The notes under the pieces were generated by a model. It did no database searches and was not told where the DNA came from. It was given only the letters and a program-made list of their open reading frames with translations. Position numbers and translations under genes: made by a program. Below, piece after piece: positions 57,638 through 64,000 of a DNA stretch of 64,000 nt. Location of the stretch: the NCBI GenBank assembly GCA_964640945.1, contig CAZXIV010000003.1, positions 28,083 to 92,082 of the forward strand, read 5' to 3'. Every line of letters begins with the position of its first letter. Within the stretch, counting starts at the first letter, position 1. The DNA comes from an uncultured Candidatus Peribacteria bacterium (GTDB taxonomy: Bacteria; Patescibacteriota; Gracilibacteria; Peribacterales; Peribacteraceae).

Positions 57638-58987
57638 TTTAAAGAACTGGATAAGCCGGGTGGTGAAAGCCTTTGGCCAGGTATGCGGATAGAATTTGCC
57701 GCGCTCATCCGTGTCGATCCCATGTGGACACCAGACAACATCGCCACTGACGCAGTTGGTGTAGGTAACGCAGTTGAGTCCGTCCTTAGCGTCGTCATTG
57801 ATGATGCCACCCGGGCAGGCGTTCTCCTCGAGGCGCAGGTCACGGGCGCGGACGGTGGAATCGTAAGGGGCCAGATTGTCTTTGGGATTATGTGAGAGGA
57901 GCGCAGCGGCCGGGCCGGTGCAATCAGCGATGACGCTGTCGCCGCCGATGGTGGCCGAGGCCTGCACCGCGCCGCCACGCGCGCAGGCGACGGTGTTGGC
58001 CATCCAGGCGCCGAGCGAGTGGCCGACGGTGCGGATGGAATCCATATCGAGGCAGTAGTCGAGCGAGAGCTCTTCGACGATGGCGTCGAAAAATTTCACG
58101 TCGCGCACATGCAGCCCGCGATCGCCGGGATCGGCCCACGAGAAGGAGCCCTTACCATTCGGGAGCGCCGCCGGGTAGGCGATAAAGGAATCGGTCGCGT
58201 TCTTATCGAGCCCGAAGTACTGGCGCACCATGGTGTTGGGGTTGGTGCGCCCATGGAAGGCAACAATGAGCGGATAGGGATCGTGTGCTTGGTAGTTTTT
58301 CGGGATCGTGAGCAAGAATGAACGCTCGACGCCGTTGACTGTCACGGTCGTTGGGGCCGACCGAGGCTCGGCCTTGCCGCAGCCGGGCGAGAGATTCATG
58401 AGCGTCCGGTCTTGGTCGAATCGAAGCAGCCGCCAGAGCAGCTCCGCCGCGCGGGCGCGCGTGAGCGGATCCCAAGGGATGATCGCGTCGCGCGGGAGCA
58501 CCTGCGTGCGATCGAGCTCGGCGACGTAGGGCGCGTACCACTGCTCGCCGCTGTCATCTTTTAAATCGCGGCCGTAAGCCAGGAGCATAATCTTGAGCGC
58601 CTCGGCAGTGTTGACGGGCGTTTCAGGTTTAAAGGACCCATCAGGGTAGCCGTTCACGATTTTACGATTAAGGGCAGCGCAGACGTAGGGCGCGTACCAG
58701 GCATCGGCGGGCACATCGCTAAAGCAGGAGGTGGGCGCGGGGACATTGCCACCCTTGGCCGCAAAGACGATCTTGAGGAACTCGGCGCGATTGATGGTGG
58801 TATCGGGCCGGAAAGTGCCGTCGGGGTAGCCGCCGATAACGCCGGTGTTCTTTAAGGAGTCCACCGCCTCGCGCTGGCGGTACCAGGTCCACTCCATGTC
58901 CGGAAACGGCATGGGTGCGGCCAGAGCCGGCACCGCCGGGGCAAGAAGAGCGGCTGCCAGCAGCGCGGAAACAACGGCGTGTCTCAT
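57626..58987 (-). CDS. SLH-domain protein fused to an alpha/beta esterase (PHB-depolymerase/LpqC-like family)
   Basis: Signal peptide, three SLH repeats (FSDVPADAWYAPYVCAAL...VNGYPDGSFKP) and a C-terminal YPLIVAFHGRTN...VGHSLGAWMA (GxSxG). Confidence 0.8.
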   Translation of the reverse strand: MRHAVVSALLAAALLAPAVPALAAPMPFPDMEWTWYRQREAVDSLKNTGVIGGYPDGTFRPDTTINRAEFLKIVFAAKGGNVPAPTSCFSDVPADAWYAPYVCAALNRKIVNGYPDGSFKPETPVNTAEALKIMLLAYGRDLKDDSGEQWYAPYVAELDRTQVLPRDAIIPWDPLTRARAAELLWRLLRFDQDRTLMNLSPGCGKAEPRSAPTTVTVNGVERSFLLTIPKNYQAHDPYPLIVAFHGRTNPNTMVRQYFGLDKNATDSFIAYPAALPNGKGSFSWADPGDRGLHVRDVKFFDAIVEELSLDYCLDMDSIRTVGHSLGAWMANTVACARGGAVQASATIGGDSVIADCTGPAAALLSHNPKDNLAPYDSTVRARDLRLEENACPGGIINDDAKDGLNCVTYTNCVSGDVVWCPHGIDTDERGKFYPHTWPKAFTTRLIQFFKLLP

Positions 58988-59033
58988 CGGACTAACCCTA
59001 GCAGAAAGAGGTGAAGCCAGACCCTAGGCGCAG

Positions 59034-59083
59034 TAAAAGACCACCGGAACTCCGGTGGTCTGATACGCCGCACGTGTGCGGCG
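59034..59083 (-). terminator. Tandem hairpins downstream of the 59089-59415 gene
   Basis: AGACCACCGG-aact-CCGGTGGTCT (59038-59061, 10-bp stem) and CGCCGCAC-gt-GTGCGGCG (59066-59083). The T-run on the minus strand is only short. Confidence 0.45.
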
Positions 59084-59088
59084 CGTGA

Positions 59089-59415
59089 TTAATCTTTCTC
59101 CAGGTCCGTGACCTGGAACCGCTCCCCCGCTTCCCAGCGCACCAAGCGCGCGAGGTCGATGGGGCGACGGTAGTATAGGAACTCCTGCCCGGTCCTCGTA
59201 TCACTGGCCGGCTCGTCGGACGGCGTGAGGTACGGCGTGGCGTTCAGGGCAAACGCCGGCAAAGCCCCGATGTACCAGATGCCGCTTTCCAGCGCCCCCC
59301 GACAGAGGATGTTGTGGGGGTTGCTGAGAAGCTCAGCCTCCCAAGGGTCGATCTTGAGCGCCTGTTGATCGAACCCCTGGCTGGCCTGACCAGCGACTCG
59401 TTGACGAAACAGCAT
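59089..59415 (-). CDS. Hypothetical protein (108 aa)
   Basis: The ATG at 59415 is preceded on the minus strand by AAGGAGAGAACC, a Shine-Dalgarno sequence. No motif recognised. Confidence 0.5.
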   Translation of the reverse strand: MLFRQRVAGQASQGFDQQALKIDPWEAELLSNPHNILCRGALESGIWYIGALPAFALNATPYLTPSDEPASDTRTGQEFLYYRRPIDLARLVRWEAGERFQVTDLEKD

Positions 59416-59647
59416 GGTTCTCTCCTTCTGAACAATGTTGCGAACTAGAATAGAAACTATGTATTTTATAACACATAATACATAATATATCAATAGATAG
59501 GCATAATCCTAGGAATGGCATCAGGAAGCCGTGCAACGACGTTTGGCCAACGATAGCCAGACAAGGCTGTAACCTTTAGCCCGCTGGAACGTAGTAGTGG
59601 GTGTAGGCACCTACGCACCCGCCCTTTTTCCTCTCTCCCCCGTCCTA

Positions 59648-60211
59648 ATGGACGCCGCCGAAATCGCCGCCATCGAGGCCTGCCAGGCCGGAGCGCTCGA
59701 CCAGTTCGACGCCCTCTACCTCAAGCACGTCGACGCTATCTACCGGTTCCACTACCGCCGCACCTCCGTGCGCGAAGTGGCCGAGGACCTGACGAGCGCC
59801 ACCTTCTTGAAGGCGATGGAAGCGATCGGGTCCTACGATCCCGAGCGCGGCCCTTTCATCGCCTGGCTCTACCGCATCGCGCGCAACACGCTGATCGATC
59901 ACACTCGCAGCCCCGCGCGCCAGACTGCCACCCTCGACGATTCGTTCGAGATCGCGGGCGATGAAGATGCCACGCTCCGCACCACCCGCGCGCTCGATAA
60001 GGAGCGCGTCCTGGCCGCCCTCCAAAAATTGACCCCGCTCCAGCGCGACATCGTGACGCTCAGGCTCTGGGAAGGACTCTCCTACCAGGAGATCTCGAGT
60101 GTCGTCGGCAAGTCCGACGGCAACTGCAAAGTCCTCTTCTCCCGGTCGCTCACGGCGCTCCGCACCGCGCTCGCGGTCTTACTTCTGTGCCTCTTCCCCT
60201 CTTCCTTATGA
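59648..60211 (+). CDS. ECF-type RNA polymerase sigma-70 factor
   Basis: Region 2 is YRFHYRR...EDLTSATFLKAMEAIGSYDPERGPFIAWLYRIARNTLIDH. Region 4 is LTPLQRDIVTLRLWEGLSYQEISSVVGKSDGNCKVLFSRSL. Confidence 0.9.
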   Translation: MDAAEIAAIEACQAGALDQFDALYLKHVDAIYRFHYRRTSVREVAEDLTSATFLKAMEAIGSYDPERGPFIAWLYRIARNTLIDHTRSPARQTATLDDSFEIAGDEDATLRTTRALDKERVLAALQKLTPLQRDIVTLRLWEGLSYQEISSVVGKSDGNCKVLFSRSLTALRTALAVLLLCLFPSSL

Positions 60212-61758
60212 GCAACGCCAAGACGTTTCTCGCCGATCTCTACGAGATTGACCCTTCCCTTAAGTCCCACGAGGCCGAGCTCCTACCGCTCATCGAGCAG
60301 CTGCTCGTCGCCGACCCGGCGATCGCCCCGGACGAAGAGTTCGTGGCCGCCCTGCAGGTAAGCCTGCGCGACCACGCCGCCACCCTCGGCGCCGGCGGCC
60401 GCGGCCGTTCGTCCCTGTGGAACAACCTCCTCTACAGTCTCGGCGGCATGGCCACGGCCACCGCGGCGTTCCTCATCGCCTTCTCGGCCTGGCAAGGCCA
60501 GCCGGTCGAGCAGGCCGCCCAGGCGCCCGCTAACGCTGCGGCCCGCACGTCCGATCCCCTCTTTGCCTATCAGGTGGAAGAGACCGGGCCTGGCAGCTTC
60601 GGTTCACTCACGCATGTGGCCAATCCGGCCGGCACTCCACCCACGCCGAGCGCCCGCAGCCAGTCGGGCGGAGGAGGTGGGACTGTGGGCAACCCCGCAC
60701 CGATGATGGCCGGCGGCACGGCCGACGCCAAGATGATCGCCCCCTGGCCGATGGTGCGCTACACCTACGTCTACGACGGTGAACTGCCCGATTTGGAGAG
60801 CCAAGTGAGCGTCTACAAGCGCGACCCGAAGGCTAACCGCATCCCCTTAAGCGGACTCGTCTCGAGCCTCAACCTGGGCATGATCGACGCCGGCAGCTTC
60901 GCGGGCATGAACGTGCAATCCATCAGTTTCGGCCAGGACCGCGAGTTCGGCTACCAGCTCTACGTCGACCTGGTGAACGCCCAAGTGAGCCTCAACGCCC
61001 AGTGGGACAAGTGGCCCATGTCCAAGTGCACGAGCGACGAGTGCTACCGCAATGAGCAAGTGAAGATCGGCGACGTTCTCTCCGACGCCCGCGTCCGGGA
61101 GATTGCCCAAGCCTTCCTCACCGAGCACGGCATCGACCTCGCGCGCTACGGCGAGCCGGTGGTGGATAACGGCTGGCGCCGCGACTACGACCGCACCACC
61201 GATAAGTCCATGGTCTACATACCCGATACGCAGCGCGTTATCTACCCGCTCATGATCGCTGACCAACCCGTCTACGACCAAGGCGGTCTGCCGACCGGCC
61301 TCTCCGTGGGTATCAGCGTGAAGCACGAGCGCGTGCTGGACATCTACGGCATCGGCGACCAGACCTATCTGAAGTCGGACTACGTGGGTGTGACCGATGA
61401 AGCCGCCATCAAGAAGATGATCGCCGGCCTGGAGCAGTGGCCTGTGGGCATCATGCTCCGCGAGGACGGCTCCAAGCCCGAGGAGACGGCCGCGACCGTC
61501 ACCCTCGGCGAGCCCCAGCTCTCGCTCGCGACCTACTACGACTACCGCGACGGCGTGAGCGCCGAGCTCCTGGTTCCCTCGCTCGTCTTCCCGGTAAAGA
61601 GCGTAACGGGCGACAATACCTTCTTCTACCGCCAGAACGTCGTGATCCCGCTGGCCAAGCAGATCTTCGACCAGCAGGGCGACATGGGCCGCCCCATGCC
61701 GCTTGAGGACGGCCCGGCCATCATGCCGGCCGATGCCGCCACGCCCCCGGCCGCGTAG
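60208..61758 (+). CDS. Putative anti-sigma factor / membrane protein with large extracytoplasmic domain
   Basis: ATGA overlap with the sigma gene. Short cytoplasmic N-terminus, a single TM segment (LGGMATATAAFLIAFSAW), then about 400 aa of extracytoplasmic sequence. Confidence 0.6.
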   Translation: MSNAKTFLADLYEIDPSLKSHEAELLPLIEQLLVADPAIAPDEEFVAALQVSLRDHAATLGAGGRGRSSLWNNLLYSLGGMATATAAFLIAFSAWQGQPVEQAAQAPANAAARTSDPLFAYQVEETGPGSFGSLTHVANPAGTPPTPSARSQSGGGGGTVGNPAPMMAGGTADAKMIAPWPMVRYTYVYDGELPDLESQVSVYKRDPKANRIPLSGLVSSLNLGMIDAGSFAGMNVQSISFGQDREFGYQLYVDLVNAQVSLNAQWDKWPMSKCTSDECYRNEQVKIGDVLSDARVREIAQAFLTEHGIDLARYGEPVVDNGWRRDYDRTTDKSMVYIPDTQRVIYPLMIADQPVYDQGGLPTGLSVGISVKHERVLDIYGIGDQTYLKSDYVGVTDEAAIKKMIAGLEQWPVGIMLREDGSKPEETAATVTLGEPQLSLATYYDYRDGVSAELLVPSLVFPVKSVTGDNTFFYRQNVVIPLAKQIFDQQGDMGRPMPLEDGPAIMPADAATPPAA

Positions 61759-61796
61759 ATGGCCCCGGAGCCCCGGCGAAGTATCCGTCCCGTCTC

Positions 61797-61830
61797 AAAA
61801 AAACCGCCTCCAGGAATGGGGGCGGTTTTT
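61797..61830. terminator. Bidirectional intrinsic terminator between convergent genes
   Basis: A7-CCGCCTCC-aggaat-GGGGGCGG-T5 at 61797-61830. Serves both the anti-sigma gene (+) and trhO (-). Confidence 0.6.
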
Positions 61831-62695
61831 AGACAGGGATTTTCTTCATCAGATTCGCGCACCGCGTCGAACACGTCCGCTTCGGCTCCTCTTGGGAACA
61901 GGTCGCACAGATCTTTTTCGCCCGACCGCAGGCACAGGTGACAGGGACGTCGCCGGCGTAGCCGCAGTGCGGGCAGAGCTCGTAGGTGGCGGTGGGCGCG
62001 AGATGCTGGTCGACCGCCACGCGGTGGTCGAAAACGAAGCACTCACCCTCAAAGTTCTTCTCCGGAAATTGCTCCAGATACGCGAGGATGCCGCCATCGA
62101 GCTGCCAGACATCCTGGTAGCCCTGGGCCTGCATCTCGAGGAGCGCCTTCTCACAACGGATACCGCCGGTGCAGTACATGAGCACTTTCTTATCTTTAGG
62201 GATGGCGGCCTCGGCGACGTAGGCGGGAAAATCGTGGAAGGCGTTGATGGTAGTAGGCAGGGCCCCGCGAAAGGTACCGATTTTCTGCTCGTAGTCGTTA
62301 CGGGCATCGACCAAAATCACGTCCTCGCGCTCAAGCGTCTGCTGCCAGTCTGCGGGCGAGAGGTGGCGGGCGCGGTCGACAGGAACAAGCTCAGGCTTCT
62401 TCAAGCCGACGATCTCGGGTTTGATTTTCACCGTAAAGCGCCGGAAAGCGGTCTTTTCGGCCGTGCTGAGCTTGAAGTCAATTGGACCGAATTTGGCTTC
62501 TAATAGGGCTCGCCAAGCAGCGATGCCCTCGGCCGAACCGGCGACGGTGCCGTTGATCCCCTCTTCCGCCAGGAGAGTATGCCCCTGGAGCCCATGTTCG
62601 GCGCCGAAAGCGAGTAACTCGGCTTGAAGCCCAGGCAGCGCCGCAGCCCGGATGGGCACGAAGGCGTAGGCGGAGGCGATCGTCAGGGTCGTCAC
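61829..62695 (-). CDS. trhO: Rhodanese-domain tRNA U34 hydroxylase TrhO (UPF0176/YceA family)
   Basis: LLAEEGINGTVAG, DARNDYEQKIGTFRGA, YCTGGIRCEKA and LDGGILAYLE blocks, with a Cys-rich C-terminus. Confidence 0.85.
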   Translation of the reverse strand: MTTLTIASAYAFVPIRAAALPGLQAELLAFGAEHGLQGHTLLAEEGINGTVAGSAEGIAAWRALLEAKFGPIDFKLSTAEKTAFRRFTVKIKPEIVGLKKPELVPVDRARHLSPADWQQTLEREDVILVDARNDYEQKIGTFRGALPTTINAFHDFPAYVAEAAIPKDKKVLMYCTGGIRCEKALLEMQAQGYQDVWQLDGGILAYLEQFPEKNFEGECFVFDHRVAVDQHLAPTATYELCPHCGYAGDVPVTCACGRAKKICATCSQEEPKRTCSTRCANLMKKIPV

Positions 62696-62821
62696 ATCCG
62701 CATGATAGCCGAAAAGCGCCCCGTTCTCAGGCCAAGAGCATCAGCCGAGTAGAGCAGCCCGAAAGCACGATGCTGAGGCGGAAACTGATGAGGGCGATAC
62801 AAACGAAGAAGTAAGACGAAC

Positions 62822-62853
62822 AAAAAAAAGACCGGCCACACACGACCGGTCTT
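62822..62853 (-). terminator. Rho-independent terminator of the DoxX gene
   Basis: Stem AAGACCGG/CCGGTCTT at 62828-62853, followed on the minus strand by T8. Confidence 0.55.
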
Positions 62854-62871
62854 GAAGAACACGCCACGATT

Positions 62872-63267
62872 TTAAGCGCGCTTACCGCGGATGCGCTCAA
62901 GGAGCTCCGGATTGCGGAAGTAGGCGCTGACCGTCAGCAGCCCGAGCGAGAGATAAATGACACCCAGGTCGGCCGTTGTCATGCCGTGCGTTAGGCCAGT
63001 AGCCAGCACGCCGGCCATGTAGCCGACCATCAGCACAAAGCCGACGGTGGACGTGCGCGGAATGAGGAAGAGGATGACGCTGACGAGTTCAACAATACCG
63101 AGAACGTGGTTCAGTTCAGGTGTCATACCGATTGAGGCCATGTACTTGGCGCCTTCGGAGGCGGGATCGACGGGAACGTACTTCATGATGCCGGCGAAGA
63201 TGTTGAGCGCGGCTACGAGACCGGCGGCAATCCAGCCGATAGCCATACCAAGACGGGAGGTCTTCAT
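62872..63267 (-). CDS. DoxX-family membrane protein
   Basis: 131 aa with four TM segments. The N-terminal GMAIGWIAAGLVAALNIFAGIMK pattern is typical of DoxX-like proteins. Confidence 0.65.
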   Translation of the reverse strand: MKTSRLGMAIGWIAAGLVAALNIFAGIMKYVPVDPASEGAKYMASIGMTPELNHVLGIVELVSVILFLIPRTSTVGFVLMVGYMAGVLATGLTHGMTTADLGVIYLSLGLLTVSAYFRNPELLERIRGKRA

Positions 63268-63349
63268 AGAAAAAATGGGGGAAAAGATTGCCGACAGTGT
63301 AGCAGATGGTGCAGGAGGAGATTTTTGCTATACTTGAACCAACAGGACG

Positions 63350-64000
63350 ATGACTCAACCGCCCGTCAAACGCATCGGCATTCTTACCGGAGGTGGCGAC
63401 TGCGCCGGCCTAAACGGCGTTATCTCCTCGATTGTGCGTGCCGGCGTGCCGATGGGATTCGAGTTCGTCGGCATCATCAAGGGCTGGGAAGGCATCCTCG
63501 ACCCGCCCATGCTCCGCCCACTTAGCCTTAAGGACGTGCGGGGCATCAGCCACTTGGGCGGCACCATCATCCGCACCACCAACCGCGGCCGGTTCGCTGC
63601 CAAAGTGGGCCCCGAGGGCGGCACGGCCAAGCTGCCGGTGGAGATTTTAAAGATGGTGGAGCGCAACATGAAGGCCAACAACATCGATGCGCTCATCGTC
63701 ATTGGCGGCGACGGCACCCTCACTGGCGCACAGCAGTTGATGGACGAGACGGGCGTAAAAGTGGTGGGCGTCCCCAAGACCATCGACAACGACCTCCGCG
63801 GCACGGACCGCACCTTCGGCTTCTCAACAGCGGTGGAGATTGTCAGTGAGGCCGTGGACCGCATCCACACCACCGCCACCAGCCACGACCGCGTGATGTT
63901 CGTCGAGACGATGGGGCGGCACGCCGGCTGGATCGCGCTCTACGGTGGTGTCGCCGGAAACGCCGACGCCATTCTCCTGCCCGAATTCCCCTGCGATGTC
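63350..64000 (+). CDS. pfkA: 6-phosphofructokinase (3' end cut by window edge)
   Basis: My own translation from the ATG at 63350 gives MTQPPVKRIGILTGGGDCAGLNGVI...VIGGDGTL...VGVPKTIDNDL...METMGRHAGW. The frame is open to the window end. It is absent from the ORF track because there is no stop codon. Confidence 0.9.
   Translation, partial: MTQPPVKRIGILTGGGDCAGLNGVISSIVRAGVPMGFEFVGIIKGWEGILDPPMLRPLSLKDVRGISHLGGTIIRTTNRGRFAAKVGPEGGTAKLPVEILKMVERNMKANNIDALIVIGGDGTLTGAQQLMDETGVKVVGVPKTIDNDLRGTDRTFGFSTAVEIVSEAVDRIHTTATSHDRVMFVETMGRHAGWIALYGGVAGNADAILLPEFPCDV

Overview
Visibly GC-rich bacterial chromosome segment under the standard genetic code, with a clearly AT-richer insertion of about 10.6 kb at roughly 4.5-15.0 kb. 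Left to right the window holds: (1) a metal-efflux cluster with a CusA/CzcA-type RND pump (5' truncated), a DUF305 lipoprotein and a CDF transporter. (2) A phage-derived island with an orphan ORF, a ParB-fused DNA methyltransferase, a second methyltransferase, small and large terminase subunits, a large serine recombinase, an XRE regulator and a membrane protein. The island ends in a tightly packed minus-strand operon encoding a TIR-like (DUF1863-type) protein, a caspase-like C14 peptidase, a SLOG/YpsA-like nucleotide-binding protein and an Mrr-type PD-(D/E)xK nuclease, directly beside tRNA-Gln(CUG). (3) tRNA-Arg(UCG), then an archaeal-type lipid trio (geranylgeranyl-reductase-family flavoprotein, CarS-like CDP-archaeol synthase, CDP-alcohol phosphatidyltransferase), an SLH envelope protein and riboflavin synthase. 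(4) A two-gene operon encoding an approximately 1690-aa orphan protein with an internal tandem duplication and an 1193-aa SF2 helicase. (5) Housekeeping and envelope genes: uvrA, a metallophosphoesterase, a long RelA/SpoT homologue fused to a polytopic membrane domain, an M20 peptidase, an amino-acid ABC transporter, a 1050-aa secreted repeat protein, an aquaporin, a Phd/Doc-like pair, plsX, an M23 peptidase, an SLH-esterase, an ECF sigma/anti-sigma pair, trhO, DoxX and a 3'-truncated pfkA. This block also contains an isoleucyl-tRNA synthetase carrying two inserted histidine-phosphatase domains. The best candidate for a new system is the TIR-like/caspase/SLOG/Mrr operon at 12493-14903. All functional calls come from motif recognition by eye and no database search was run. 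Many long antisense ORFs in the track are GC-driven shadows and were ignored.
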